64,000 bases of DNA from Candidatus Omnitrophota bacterium (GCA_015233675.1 JADFXH010000003.1:153279-217278); one strand, 5' to 3'; positions 1 to 10,284 are shown, counted from the stretch's first letter. Notes: generated by a model from the sequence alone, not told the origin. Numbers and translations are program-made.

Positions 1-1122
1 GAACAATTCAACTTGTACAGTCAACAGGCCCGCGAGCAGATGCGGCGGATTGATAACCTCTCCGGGGTGCCCGAGGGATTGAGGGCTTCTTTTGAAGGGA
101 TGCGCGAGCAAACAAAGGCTTATGACAGTACGGTAAAGGGCGTTTTCAAGGAAGTTGAAAAGGGCGGGTTTCAATTATCGCTGGAAGATTTGGACCGCAC
201 GGATACCCGGCAGAAAGTTTTGACTAAGCATGTCCAAATAATCGTTTCTCAGGTGTGGGGGCTGGTCCATGAGTCCACCAACAGGAGTCAGCGCTGGCAT
301 CAGCAGTCTAAAGCAATATTTTGGTTTAGTTTATTGCTCACCGTGACATTGGGACTGTTGTTGTTTGCGTTTAAAAAGAATTTGGATGAGATTAGCAAAC
401 AAAAGAAAGACCTGGAGAAATTAAATAAGGAGCTGGACAGGTTTGTCCATACGGTCAGTCATGATATAGCAGGACCATTAACAACAATTGTTGGTTATGC
501 CGCTTATCTGGAAAGTCATTATGCCCAGCAATTGGATAAACAGGGCCGCGATTGCATTAGCGGCGTACGTAAAGGAGCAACGAGACTGAATGTGTTGATT
601 AAGGACATGTTGGAATTGACCAGGATGTCGCGGATTAAAAGCCCCTATTCCCGGGTTTTGATCCAAGAGGTGATAGACGCGGCTATAGCCAACTGCGATT
701 TTATGGTCCGTCAGGCATCCGCCAAAATTGAGGTAATTGGAAAGATGCCGGAGATTGTTTGTGATCGCATCAAAATCACGGCGGTGTTCTTTAACCTTTT
801 CAGCAATGCAGTCAAATTTGTTAAGCCGGGAGAGACTCCGGTGATTAAAATCAGCTGGAAAGAAACCCGTGATGGGCATGAATTTTATGTTGAAGATAAC
901 GGTATCGGTATTGACCTGCAGCATCACAAGGAAATTTTTGATATTTTTAAACGGCTGCATCCGGAAGACCAATATGGCGGGTCAGGGGTGGGGTTGGCTA
1001 TTGTCAAAGCTGCCGTGGAAGACCATGGGGGGCGTGTCCGTGTGGAATCAGTCCCCGGCAAAGGCGCAAGATTTATTTTTACTATTCCGAAAAATCTTAT
1101 AGCTTATAAACCTTTATACTAA
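1..1122 (+). CDS. sensor histidine kinase, 5' end outside the window (TTG at 13 is only the first in-window start)
   Basis: Frame is open back to base 1. One TM segment AIFWFSLLLTVTLGLLLFAF, H-box HTVSHDIAGPL, N-box FFNLFSNAVKF, G1 box DNGIGI, G2 box GSGVGLAIV. Confidence 0.85.
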   Translation, partial: EQFNLYSQQAREQMRRIDNLSGVPEGLRASFEGMREQTKAYDSTVKGVFKEVEKGGFQLSLEDLDRTDTRQKVLTKHVQIIVSQVWGLVHESTNRSQRWHQQSKAIFWFSLLLTVTLGLLLFAFKKNLDEISKQKKDLEKLNKELDRFVHTVSHDIAGPLTTIVGYAAYLESHYAQQLDKQGRDCISGVRKGATRLNVLIKDMLELTRMSRIKSPYSRVLIQEVIDAAIANCDFMVRQASAKIEVIGKMPEIVCDRIKITAVFFNLFSNAVKFVKPGETPVIKISWKETRDGHEFYVEDNGIGIDLQHHKEIFDIFKRLHPEDQYGGSGVGLAIVKAAVEDHGGRVRVESVPGKGARFIFTIPKNLIAYKPLY

Positions 1123-1231
1123 ATATATTTAAACGCCAGTTTTCTAATACCTTCCTTAATAAAGTGACAAATTTCTTTATGTAAGATATACTTAATTTAG
1201 GTAAAAACTTTATTATTTAAATTGATATCTT

Positions 1232-2953
1232 ATGCAAAAAGGTTTCTTCATATTAATTTTCATATTGTTTGCCGGTGATGTCTTTGCCGGGACAACTTCC
1301 CTGACTACATATTATCCGCCACCCACCGCGGCTTATAACAAAATTAAATTATCTACCAGCATTATCGCAACTTTTACCGCCCCCTCTAACTGCCAGGCAG
1401 GGGATAATACTACAATTTTTTTAGACAGTACCGGTCAATTAAATCAATGTAGCGGGATATTTAGTACCGCAAATAATTATTGTTCATTTAATAACAATGC
1501 TAATAATGGAACACTCATTGCAGACAGCACCGGGACCTTGCATGTGTGCATGAACGGACAGACTGCTATCTTTCCCCAAGAGTGTTACAACAGCTTCTGT
1601 TCTTATAATAGTTCAACATATTCTGTCCCTCCCGATAGTTGTATTAATCCCGGTACTGGAAGTCTCTGTCAAGCAGGATTTATAGTTACAGAGATTGATT
1701 CAAACCATGATTTGTATGAATGCTTTAAAACATCACAAAAAACCACCATTGTTTCTCACGTCTGTTGTTCAGGTATTTCTACAACTCAACCCATCCTTCC
1801 CGGTAATGGTATTGGGTGTGACACTGGAACAGGAACGGGAACCGGTACAGGAACCGGCAGTGGAACTGGGACAGGAACCGGCAATGGAACGGGAACTGGA
1901 ACCGGCAGTGGAACTGGGACAGGAACCGGCAGTGGAACGGGAACTGGAACCGGCACCGGTGGGACTGGAACCGGTGGCACTGGAACTGGAACAGGCACGG
2001 GGACCGGAGGGACAGGGACTGGCACTGGAACTGGAACGGGCACCGGAGGGGCAGGGACTGGAGGGACAGGGACCGGCACTGGAACCGGCACCGGTGGTAC
2101 TTGCGGTGATTATGGCCAGCCATGCTGTTCCGATGGCTCTTGTAACGGGAACGGGCTGTGGTGTAATACTGGTTGGTGTGTTTGTGATTCTTGGAACCGC
2201 TCTTCTTCTTGTGTAGCAACATGCGGCGGTTTAAATCAACCGTGCTGTTATGATAACAATTGTGAGAGCGGTGTTATTTGTTCAGCAGGTATATGTACAG
2301 GGTGTCCCGCAGGAGAGGCTCCTATTATGCAAAGTACTGCGATGTGGTGGGGGCATAGCCATTGTGTCCCATGCGGCGGTTCTGGTCAACCGTGCTGTGA
2401 AAGTGGAATTTTTAATAATGGTCCTCTTTCTCATATTATGTATGGCGCATGTTCTCTTAACGGGGGGAGATGTCAATTTGGAGCGAATATGGGTGTCTGT
2501 TGTTTAGACGCACGATACAATCCAGACGGAACCGTCCTACAACCCCAACAAACCGCATGTACGGAAAATGGTAATGACACTTCTAGTTTTGCATGCTGTA
2601 ATCCCGGAGAAAATTGTGTAAATGGGCAATGTCTCTCCACATGCGGCGCTCCTGGTCAACCTTGCTGTAATGTTGGCGGCCATACTTGTAATACCAGTTT
2701 GGGTTCGGGTTCGACTTGTTGGGCGGAAACAAGTGGTACTTCCGGGAATGGCATGATGTGCTGTCTCCCGACCGAGGTGCCATCAGGCGCGTCGGGAGAT
2801 GTGGGCTGTATCAAAGACGCTGCTAATGTTCCTTATCAATGTTATATATCAATGGATATCTGCTGTTCCCCTTCACAATTCGCATGTAACACTTATAATG
2901 GGATGATATGCTGTGACAACGGAAAAACTTGTCAAAATGGGCAATGTGTCTAA
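1232..2953 (+). CDS. secreted Cys-rich repeat protein with a long (Gly-Thr)n tract; family not recognised
   Basis: Signal peptide MQKGFFILIFILFAGDVFAG. GT-dipeptide tract at aa 198-290. The C-terminal half has repeated Cys-rich units opening with TCGDYGQPCC, TCGGLNQPCC, PCGGSGQPCC, TCGAPGQPCC. Confidence 0.7.
   Translation: MQKGFFILIFILFAGDVFAGTTSLTTYYPPPTAAYNKIKLSTSIIATFTAPSNCQAGDNTTIFLDSTGQLNQCSGIFSTANNYCSFNNNANNGTLIADSTGTLHVCMNGQTAIFPQECYNSFCSYNSSTYSVPPDSCINPGTGSLCQAGFIVTEIDSNHDLYECFKTSQKTTIVSHVCCSGISTTQPILPGNGIGCDTGTGTGTGTGTGSGTGTGTGNGTGTGTGSGTGTGTGSGTGTGTGTGGTGTGGTGTGTGTGTGGTGTGTGTGTGTGGAGTGGTGTGTGTGTGGTCGDYGQPCCSDGSCNGNGLWCNTGWCVCDSWNRSSSCVATCGGLNQPCCYDNNCESGVICSAGICTGCPAGEAPIMQSTAMWWGHSHCVPCGGSGQPCCESGIFNNGPLSHIMYGACSLNGGRCQFGANMGVCCLDARYNPDGTVLQPQQTACTENGNDTSSFACCNPGENCVNGQCLSTCGAPGQPCCNVGGHTCNTSLGSGSTCWAETSGTSGNGMMCCLPTEVPSGASGDVGCIKDAANVPYQCYISMDICCSPSQFACNTYNGMICCDNGKTCQNGQCV
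1823..2101 (+). repeat. 6-bp-periodic GGNACN tract encoding (Gly-Thr)n with occasional Ser/Asn/Ala
   Basis: Direct reading: ggaacaggaacgggaaccggtacaggaaccggcagt... runs uninterrupted for about 279 bp. The tract also creates spurious antisense PV-repeat ORFs. Confidence 0.95.
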
Positions 2954-3077
2954 TGCGGCGGGTTCCGGGCAGCCTTAATTATAAAACAGCTATTGAAGCC
3001 CTGTCCTTTTTAAGATAAAATACAATTTAAAATTAAGAATTAAATATGTTCATCTAAAGTCTCCTTAAACAGCAAGG

Positions 3078-4010
3078 ATGTTAATGAAGCAGTATGTCGT
3101 TGGTGTGGATGTTGGCGGCACCAATATTAAATTGGGAATCGTAGGCCCTTCTGGACAAGTAATTGTCAGAAACAGTTTTGCCACAAAGCCTTTTGCTTCA
3201 AGCCGAATTAAATTGATCTCTGCTTTGGCCAGCCAAATCGAAGCCAGCATTGTATCTTCCGGCTTAATCAAGAAACAAATTGCCGGAGTAGGCGTCGGTC
3301 TGCCCGGGCTTGTTGATTATGAGAAAGGCATTGTCCGGTTTCTGCCCAATATTCCTGGCTGGCGGGAAGTTCATTTAAAATCTATTCTTCAAAAAAAAAT
3401 TAAACTCCCTGTTTTTATCGACAATGATGTAAAAATAATTACTTTAGCAGAGTCCCAATTCGGTGCGGGGCGTGGAGTTAGGAATTTGGTTTGTTTGACT
3501 TTAGGCACGGGGGTAGGGGCGGCCTTGATTTTAAACGGCCAGCTTTACCGCGGGGAAGACAATGCTGCCGGTGAGTTAGGGCATATGCCGCTTAATGAAC
3601 ATGGGCCCAAATGCAATTGCGGGGGTTTCGGGTGTTTTGAAACTTATGTGGGTAATCGCGCTTTGTTTGCTTTGGCCTCCCGCGTGATGGGCAGGCCCGG
3701 TATGACCACTGAGACAATGTTTGCCTTGGCCCAAAAGGGAAATAAAAAAGCCCTTGTTTATTGGAAAATGGCAGCGAAACAAATTGGTAATGGGTTAGTC
3801 GGCATTGTCAATTTATTAAATCCCCGCCTGATCATTATTGGCGGAGGAGTCTCAAATAATGAAAAATATTTATTCAAGACTATCACAGACACCATTCGTC
3901 TCAGGGCCATGGGGCTGCAGGGATCAGCGTTTAAAATCAAACGTGCTAAATTTAAAGACGATGCCGGGATTATCGGTGCGTATGTATTGGTGACAAATGC
4001 GCAAAGGTAG
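3078..4010 (+). CDS. ROK-family glucokinase / sugar kinase
   Basis: ATP-binding N-terminus GVDVGGTNIKLGIV. ROK zinc cluster HMPLNEHGPKCNCGGFGCFETY. Confidence 0.85.
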   Translation: MLMKQYVVGVDVGGTNIKLGIVGPSGQVIVRNSFATKPFASSRIKLISALASQIEASIVSSGLIKKQIAGVGVGLPGLVDYEKGIVRFLPNIPGWREVHLKSILQKKIKLPVFIDNDVKIITLAESQFGAGRGVRNLVCLTLGTGVGAALILNGQLYRGEDNAAGELGHMPLNEHGPKCNCGGFGCFETYVGNRALFALASRVMGRPGMTTETMFALAQKGNKKALVYWKMAAKQIGNGLVGIVNLLNPRLIIIGGGVSNNEKYLFKTITDTIRLRAMGLQGSAFKIKRAKFKDDAGIIGAYVLVTNAQR

Positions 4011-6219
4011 TTTTTATATTTTATGGATCGCGGCCGGCCTTTTGGCGTGCGGCTCTTTTTTATTGCTGACGCAGGAAGCTGGGGCAATAAAATTCCCGAT
4101 GCCGGACATTAAAGGCCAGTTTAAAAAACAAGACCTGCATACTACTTCGCAGGTGACATTGCAGGCTGATCAGGTCAGCTTTTCTTCGGCCGATAACAAA
4201 GCCCATGCCCGGGGCAATGTAGTGGTCAACAGCAAGGACCAGCAGTTGTTTTGTGACCAATTGCAGCTGGACCGTACTGTCCAGGAAGTGGTGGCCGAGG
4301 GGGATGTGTATCTTGATACGCCTAAAGAGAATGTGATTGCCCAGGGACTCACGTATAATTTTGACGATGGCACCGGCGAGTTTCGTGATGCCAGGGTGTA
4401 TCTTGATCCGTACCTGATTAAGGGACAAAAGATCAATAAGATCTCAGATGACTATATGACCATGGATGAAGGTTATATGACTTCCTGCGATCTGGATGAG
4501 CCTCATTACCGCATGGGTGCCCACCGCATGGATATTTACCAGCATGATAAGGCCATTATTCACGGCATGAAGATTTATTTAGGTAAGGTGCCGGTGATGT
4601 ATTTGCCTTATTATGTGCAGAACCTTAAAAACCGTCCGATCATAACTTTTGTACCGGGTGATAAGAAAGACTTTGGTTTGTTTTTGTTGACCACTGCGCG
4701 TTTTCAGGCAGGGGAGCACATGAAAGTGACCCTGCATTTAGATACTCGCGAACGTGACGGGTTTGGGGAAGGGTTTGATGTCCATTATAATACGCCTAAT
4801 TTCGGCAGCGGCCTTGTGAGCGCCTATTATACGGATGAAAACCAAATTGCCAGCCATCATTTATGGGATTTGTACAACAGCCAGGGAGTTAAGGTCGGGC
4901 CGACGATGCATCATGAGCGCTATCGAATCATATGGCGTCATCAATGGCGGATCGACAAGAATACCGATGCCGTTTTTCAATATTACAAGATCCATGACTA
5001 TGACATCCTTAATAATGGTTTCTTGAAAACATATTTCCCGCGGGACTATCAACAGAACGCCCAGAATTCCAACTATGACACTTATTTTATATTGACGCAT
5101 AGCATGCCGCACGGCACGCTTACCTTCGACGTTGACACTAGCCGGGAGAATCGTCCGCTGCGCGGCATTGAGCGCATTCCGGAGGTCAAGTACGTCCTTA
5201 ATAATCAACAGATCGGTAAAACCGGGTTTTATGCTAAAAGCGCCAATACGTTCTCGGACTTGAGTTATCAGAATTATCCCAAGACAGTTAATGAGAAGAC
5301 CATGCGTTTTGATTCGAACAATGATATTTCGCATCCTTTTAAGATCGGGTTTATTTCATTTAATCCTCACCTGGGAGGAGAAGAAACGTATTATAGCCGT
5401 ACGGCCAATATATCTCAGAGCAACATCATCCGCGGCATGTTTAGGGGCAGTTTGGATATGAGCACCAAGTTTTATAAGGTCTGGGACTATCATACAAATT
5501 TTGCGGGATTGAATATAAATGGCCTGCGTCATGTCGTAACTCCGACGATCACGTATTTGTATCAGGCCCGCCCCACCTTTCCGGCGTCTAGTCTTAATCA
5601 ATTTGATCCGTCCATTGATAATCTCTATAGGATCCATCAATTTGCATTTGGGCTGGAAAATAAATTGCAGACTAAACGCGACGGTCAAGTCGTAGACCTG
5701 TTAAGATATTTAGTCACTGTTAATTATGGGCTGAAGGGAACTACCGGACACAGAGGGTTCGACCCGTATGATACCCTTCTTGATTTTAATCCTACCAACT
5801 GGTTGACCCTTCACAACGATAATGAATACGATTTCCACGCAGGGCATTGGAATGCCGAGAATTTCGACGGTGTGATTCACGTCAATGGGTGGTCTTTTTC
5901 TCTGGGGAACCGCTATACCCGTGATGAAGGCGATCAGCTGACTACTGAATGGGATTACACGATCAACCCCAAGTGGAAGTTTAAGATATACAACAGTTTC
6001 CCCCTGACCCAGGCAACACAGGGAGCCACCGGCGCCAGAGATAATCAATATATCCTGACGCGTGATTTGCATGAATGGGAAATGGACTTAGGCATTGATC
6101 GGATGGAGGGACAGGGTTCAACATTTTATGTTATGTTCCGTCTAAAATTGTTCCCGGATATGAAGATGAATTTCTTTAGAAGCACCTTCCAGCCATCCAG
6201 GCCTGGTTCACAGAGTTAG
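3997..6219 (+). CDS. lptD: LPS-assembly outer membrane protein LptD (OstA family)
   Basis: N-terminal signal/anchor and an OstA-like N-domain (ADQVSFSSADNKAHARGNVVV...FCDQLQLDR). Then TSCDLDEPHYRMGAHRMDIY...GKVPVMYLPYY, and a long beta-rich C-terminus. Confidence 0.85.
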   Translation: MRKGSFYILWIAAGLLACGSFLLLTQEAGAIKFPMPDIKGQFKKQDLHTTSQVTLQADQVSFSSADNKAHARGNVVVNSKDQQLFCDQLQLDRTVQEVVAEGDVYLDTPKENVIAQGLTYNFDDGTGEFRDARVYLDPYLIKGQKINKISDDYMTMDEGYMTSCDLDEPHYRMGAHRMDIYQHDKAIIHGMKIYLGKVPVMYLPYYVQNLKNRPIITFVPGDKKDFGLFLLTTARFQAGEHMKVTLHLDTRERDGFGEGFDVHYNTPNFGSGLVSAYYTDENQIASHHLWDLYNSQGVKVGPTMHHERYRIIWRHQWRIDKNTDAVFQYYKIHDYDILNNGFLKTYFPRDYQQNAQNSNYDTYFILTHSMPHGTLTFDVDTSRENRPLRGIERIPEVKYVLNNQQIGKTGFYAKSANTFSDLSYQNYPKTVNEKTMRFDSNNDISHPFKIGFISFNPHLGGEETYYSRTANISQSNIIRGMFRGSLDMSTKFYKVWDYHTNFAGLNINGLRHVVTPTITYLYQARPTFPASSLNQFDPSIDNLYRIHQFAFGLENKLQTKRDGQVVDLLRYLVTVNYGLKGTTGHRGFDPYDTLLDFNPTNWLTLHNDNEYDFHAGHWNAENFDGVIHVNGWSFSLGNRYTRDEGDQLTTEWDYTINPKWKFKIYNSFPLTQATQGATGARDNQYILTRDLHEWEMDLGIDRMEGQGSTFYVMFRLKLFPDMKMNFFRSTFQPSRPGSQS

Positions 6220-6305
6220 TCATATCTGTAATATAAACAGGACTGCCGTCGTCTTTTGGCACGCGTGTTATTGAATAAGCAATTGTATAAACAGGGAGCT
6301 AATGA

Positions 6306-7631
6306 ATGAAAATTACTATTATAGGTTCAGGTTATGTGGGGTTGGTCACGGGGGTTTGTTTGTCTAATATCGGGCATCAGGTGATTTGTGTAGATAATAA
6401 TCCCGATAAGATTAAAACTTTAAAAAAAGGGCGTTTGCCGATTTATGAGCCCGGATTGCTTGAACTGATGAAAGAATGCGTCAAAAAAAAGCGGCTTTCT
6501 TTTACAGGCTCCATCGGGGACGCAACTAAAAGTTCTCAAGTGATCTTTTTAGCTGTTCCAACCCCTCCCAAATCCAATGGGGACGCTGATATGACCTATG
6601 TGGAAAATGTGGCACGCCAGATCGCACAGCACATGGATTCTTATAAACTTATTGTAGAGAAATCAACTGTGCCGGCAGAAACGGGCAAGAAAATCCGCCG
6701 TACCATCAATTTGAATCTGGCTAAGAAATATAAACATGGCAATAAAATCCTATTGGATTTTGATGTGGCCTCAAACCCTGAATTCTTAAAAGAAGGCAGT
6801 GCGGTACACGATTTCATGAACCCTGACCGTATTGTTATTGGGGTGGAGTCCAAAAAAGCAGAGCAGCTTTTAAGGGAAATTTATAAGCCCTTAAAGCCTA
6901 AAATTCTGGTGACTAATATTGCCTCCGCCGAAATGATCAAACATTCCTCCAATTCATTCTTGGCCATGAAAATTTCTTTTATCAATGCGGTGGCCCAAAT
7001 TTGTGACCGGGTGGGGGCAGATGTTCTTAAAGTGGCTGAAGGCATGGGACTAGACAAACGTATCGGCCGGCAGTTTTTAGATGCGGGGGTTGGTTATGGG
7101 GGCAGTTGTTTTCCCAAAGATGTGGACGCGTTTATCCGTTTGAGCGAACAAAACGGATATGATTTTTCTTTATTAAAAGAAGTTCGGCGCATTAATGATC
7201 AGCAGCGCCATTGGTTTGTGCGTTTAGTAGAAGAAAAGTTGTGGAACATCAAGGACAAGACCATCGGCGTTTGGGGCGTCGCATTTAAACCGAACACCGA
7301 TGATATTCGCAGCGCCGCGGCCCTGGAAATTATTCAACTTCTGCAGGCTGAAGGAGCTAAAATAAGAGTTTATGATCCTAAGGCGCTGGAGAACGCCAAA
7401 AAGATTCTTCATGGAGTTACTTTCTGTGATAATGCCTATACGGTCGTTGAGGGCTGTGACTGCCTTTTACTTTTGACCGAGTGGCCGGAATTTAAAGATA
7501 TTGATTTTGTTCAGATCCGTGATGCCATGCGACAAACCGTGATCTTTGACGGCCGTAATTTTCTAGACGCGTTATATTTGCGGGGCATAGGATTTGAATA
7601 TTTTGGGACGGGCCGGGGCAAGGCTTTGTAG
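6306..7631 (+). CDS. ugd: UDP-glucose 6-dehydrogenase
   Basis: Rossmann motif [16 protein letters not shown]. Catalytic Cys motif [11 protein letters not shown]. About 440 aa, typical length. Confidence 0.95.
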   Translation: MKITIIGSGYVGLVTGVCLSNIGHQVICVDNNPDKIKTLKKGRLPIYEPGLLELMKECVKKKRLSFTGSIGDATKSSQVIFLAVPTPPKSNGDADMTYVENVARQIAQHMDSYKLIVEKSTVPAETGKKIRRTINLNLAKKYKHGNKILLDFDVASNPEFLKEGSAVHDFMNPDRIVIGVESKKAEQLLREIYKPLKPKILVTNIASAEMIKHSSNSFLAMKISFINAVAQICDRVGADVLKVAEGMGLDKRIGRQFLDAGVGYGGSCFPKDVDAFIRLSEQNGYDFSLLKEVRRINDQQRHWFVRLVEEKLWNIKDKTIGVWGVAFKPNTDDIRSAAALEIIQLLQAEGAKIRVYDPKALENAKKILHGVTFCDNAYTVVEGCDCLLLLTEWPEFKDIDFVQIRDAMRQTVIFDGRNFLDALYLRGIGFEYFGTGRGKAL

Positions 7632-7668
7632 AAAACAGGGCATCAAACTTGACCAGGAAGGATTTAAA

Positions 7669-8610
7669 ATGTCTAAGAAAATAGTTTTAATCTCCGGAGG
7701 GGCCGGCTTTTTGGGAAGTCATTTATGCGATTGGTTTATTGAGCATGGCTTTAAGGTGATTGCGGTGGATAATTTGATCACAGGGTCGCTTAATAACGTG
7801 GCGCATTTGAGGAAAAATAAAGATTTTAAATTTATGAAACAGGATGTCTCCAGGCCGTTTAAAGTTTCCGGGCGGATAGATTATGTGATGCATTTCGCTT
7901 CACCTGCCTCACCGGTCGATTACATGAATCATCCTATTGCCACCATGCTCGTCGGCAGCTATGGCACCCATCATTTGCTCGAAATTGCCCGTGCCAAGAA
8001 AGCAGTTTTCCTGATGGCGTCTACGTCTGAAGTTTACGGGGACCCTTTGGTCCATCCTCAAAAGGAGAGTTACTGGGGGAATGTGAACCCAAATGGGCCT
8101 CGCAGTATTTATGACGAAGCCAAGCGTTACGCCGAAGCAGCTGTTTTTGCTTATAAGCGTACATATAAGATGGATATAAAAGTTGTACGGATTTTTAACA
8201 CCTATGGGCCCCGGATGCAGATTAAAGATGGGCGGGTGGTGCCTAATTTTATCGACCAGATATTAAATCATCAGCCCTTGACTGTTTATGGCGATGGTAA
8301 ACAGACGCGTTCATTTTGTTATGTGGATGATTTAGTGGACGGCATAACAAGGTTGCTTTTATCTAAAATCTCGGGTCCTGTTAATATCGGCAATCCCCGT
8401 GAATTTACAATTTTAGAATTCGCCCGGCTTATCCGGACGAAATACAACCCTAAAGCTAAAATCATCTTTCAGCCCCTTCCTCAGGATGATCCTAAACAGC
8501 GGCGGCCGGACATCTCTTTGGCCCGTAAAGAATTGGGGTGGGAACCGAAGGTTGATTTGGAAGACGGTATCGGACGGACCATGGATTGGTTTGCGAAGAA
8601 TTACCGCTGA
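7669..8610 (+). CDS. uxs: UDP-glucuronate decarboxylase (UDP-xylose synthase)
   Basis: [27 protein letters not shown] (YxxxK), NTYGPRM. ATG 7669 is preceded by AGGAAGGA. The longer 7594 start overlaps ugd and is unlikely. Confidence 0.9.
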   Translation: MSKKIVLISGGAGFLGSHLCDWFIEHGFKVIAVDNLITGSLNNVAHLRKNKDFKFMKQDVSRPFKVSGRIDYVMHFASPASPVDYMNHPIATMLVGSYGTHHLLEIARAKKAVFLMASTSEVYGDPLVHPQKESYWGNVNPNGPRSIYDEAKRYAEAAVFAYKRTYKMDIKVVRIFNTYGPRMQIKDGRVVPNFIDQILNHQPLTVYGDGKQTRSFCYVDDLVDGITRLLLSKISGPVNIGNPREFTILEFARLIRTKYNPKAKIIFQPLPQDDPKQRRPDISLARKELGWEPKVDLEDGIGRTMDWFAKNYR

Positions 8611-8647
8611 GGGTATATATTAACGCTAGTTTGACATAACGCATGCG

Positions 8648-8824
8648 TGGAAGCGTCTAAACTATGTTTTTGGTGACACGGGTTATTTTGGCCGTCTGCT
8701 GTGGTTTAGAACAAATTTTTTCTAAAGATTCTCTTCATTTGGAAAAAATTTGTTCTAAAACCTTGCAGACATCTGGCCAAAAAACCCTTAATGTGTCACC
8801 AGAAACATAGTTTAAACGCTTCCA
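8648..8824. repeat. foldback element A (long imperfect hairpin; pairing may extend to 8633-8834)
   Basis: The left arm TGGAAGCGTCTAAACTATGTTTTTGGTGACAC...TTTAGAACAAATTTTTTC pairs with the right arm GAAAAAATTTGTTCTAAA...GTGTCACCAGAAACATAGTTTAAACGCTTCCA. The loop is about 19 nt. Same family as element B. Confidence 0.8.
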
Positions 8825-8865
8825 TCCTTATGTCGCATTCACGCGCATCTGACAGGAGAGGCAGA

Positions 8866-9477
8866 GTGGTTACTAAAGATGACATAGTTGCCTTTGAAAA
8901 GGAGGTTGCAGATATTTTTGCAACCGGAGTCATTCGCGCTCCGGTGCATTTGCGCGCAGGGCGTGAAGATGCCCTGATCGCCATCTTTAAAGAGCATGCG
9001 ATCGGCAATGATGATTATGTGTTTGGTTTTTGGGATTCCCATGAATTGGCCCTTTTAAAAGGAGTGCCCCGCGAGGAGTTAAAGCAGGCGATCCTCGATG
9101 GGAAAAGCATATCCCTGTGTTTCCCCGAATATAAGTTGCTTTGTTCCGGTATCGTCGGAAGCCTCATGGGCACGGCGGCCGGGGTCGCTTGGGCTTTGAA
9201 GAATCAGGCTAAAAAAGGACGGGTATTTTTGTTTTGCGGGGACATGTCTGCGGAAACGGGCATTTTCCACGAGGCTGTCAAATATGCCTATAATTTTGAT
9301 TTGCCTGCCACTTTCGTTGTTTGCGATAATGGAGTGAGTGTCATGACCGATACCAGGGCTGTTTGGGGATGCCCTGAACCATGGTTTAAGGGCACTAAAT
9401 ATGAAAGTAAGATCATTTATTTTAAATATACCAACGGTTATCCGCATTCGGGGCTGGGGAAGTTGATAAAGTTTTAA
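8866..9477 (+). CDS. TPP-dependent enzyme, pyruvate-dehydrogenase E1 alpha-like subunit, half-size
   Basis: TPP-binding motif FCGDMSAETGIFHEAVKYAYNFDLPATFVVCDNG (GD...N). GTG 8866 follows AGGAGAG. The alternative ATG 8830 lies inside the hairpin of element A. Confidence 0.65.
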   Translation: MVTKDDIVAFEKEVADIFATGVIRAPVHLRAGREDALIAIFKEHAIGNDDYVFGFWDSHELALLKGVPREELKQAILDGKSISLCFPEYKLLCSGIVGSLMGTAAGVAWALKNQAKKGRVFLFCGDMSAETGIFHEAVKYAYNFDLPATFVVCDNGVSVMTDTRAVWGCPEPWFKGTKYESKIIYFKYTNGYPHSGLGKLIKF

Positions 9478-9488
9478 TGGATTGAAGC

Positions 9489-9652
9489 GTATGGCAATAT
9501 TATTCTCGACACGGGCTATTTTCGCCGTCCGCTACGGTTTACGGCAATTTTGTTCTATAGCATCCTTAGTGTATTTGGAACAAAATTGCCGTAAAGCCTT
9601 GCGGACATTTGTCGAAAAATCCCCGAATGTGTCGAGAATAATATTGCCATAC
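9489..9652. repeat. foldback element B (same family as A)
   Basis: 24-bp perfect outer stem GTATGGCAATATTATTCTCGACAC / GTGTCGAGAATAATATTGCCATAC. 18-bp inner stem TTTACGGCAATTTTGTTC / GAACAAAATTGCCGTAAA. The internal-loop sequence is conserved with A. Confidence 0.8.
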
Positions 9653-9701
9653 ACTTTGCCAAGGGGCATTTAAATTTCAAAGAACATCAAAGGCTATATA
9701 T

Positions 9702-10277
9702 ATGAAATACTTCGACGAATTAAAAAGGACCATGGAGTGGCTTTGCCAGCAGCCCAAGGTGATGTTCGTAGGACAAACAGTTGCGGGCCCGGGAACATTT
9801 ATGTTTCAAACCCTGCGCGACTGCACCAAGGAGCGCTGTCTGGAAATGCCTGTCAATGAAAGTTTTCAGATGCAATTTGCCGTTGGCCTGGCATTGTCCG
9901 GATATGTGCCTGTTTCGGTTTACCCGCGGCAGAATTTTTTACTGTTGGCCGCCTCTGACATGGCCAATATGCTCGATAAAATGCCTTTGATCTCCGGCGG
10001 CAAATGGCCATTGAAGGTGATCATCCGTGTCGCCACAGGCCCCGACGCACCCGTTCATCCCGGTCATCAGCATATCGGTAATTATGCAAAAGCTTTCCGT
10101 GAATTATTTGATTGGATTGAAGTCGTGGAGCTTAACTCTGCCGAGGAAATTTTTCCGGCCTATACTCATGCGTTGACCCGAGAGGACGGCAAATCTACCT
10201 TGATTATTGAGCACGGTAATTTTTATAATGAGGAATATTACGCCAAAGGTATGGTCACAACCCAGGCACCACATTAA
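9702..10277 (+). CDS. TPP-dependent enzyme, E1 beta-like (pyrimidine-binding domain only)
   Basis: VMFVGQTVAGPGTFMFQTL...EMPVNESFQMQFAVGLALSGYVPV resembles the transketolase Pyr domain. At 191 aa it lacks the usual C-terminal domain. Confidence 0.65.
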   Translation: MKYFDELKRTMEWLCQQPKVMFVGQTVAGPGTFMFQTLRDCTKERCLEMPVNESFQMQFAVGLALSGYVPVSVYPRQNFLLLAASDMANMLDKMPLISGGKWPLKVIIRVATGPDAPVHPGHQHIGNYAKAFRELFDWIEVVELNSAEEIFPAYTHALTREDGKSTLIIEHGNFYNEEYYAKGMVTTQAPH

Positions 10278-10284
10278 TAATCCC

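Noticed and set aside
1779-2222. Antisense and alternative-frame ORFs over the GT tract (for example the 101-aa PVPVPV ORF at 1786-2091 on the minus strand, and 1695-2216 on the plus strand)
   Set aside because: They are automatic by-products of a 6-bp-periodic repeat. The sense frame has a signal peptide and continues into a structured Cys-rich domain.
8648-9652. TPP riboswitch upstream of the TPP-dependent enzyme genes
   Set aside because: I could not find the conserved TPP-riboswitch core (CUGAGA ... ACCUGAUCUGGAUAAUGCCAGCG-like) in either foldback element. The elements are long simple hairpins instead.
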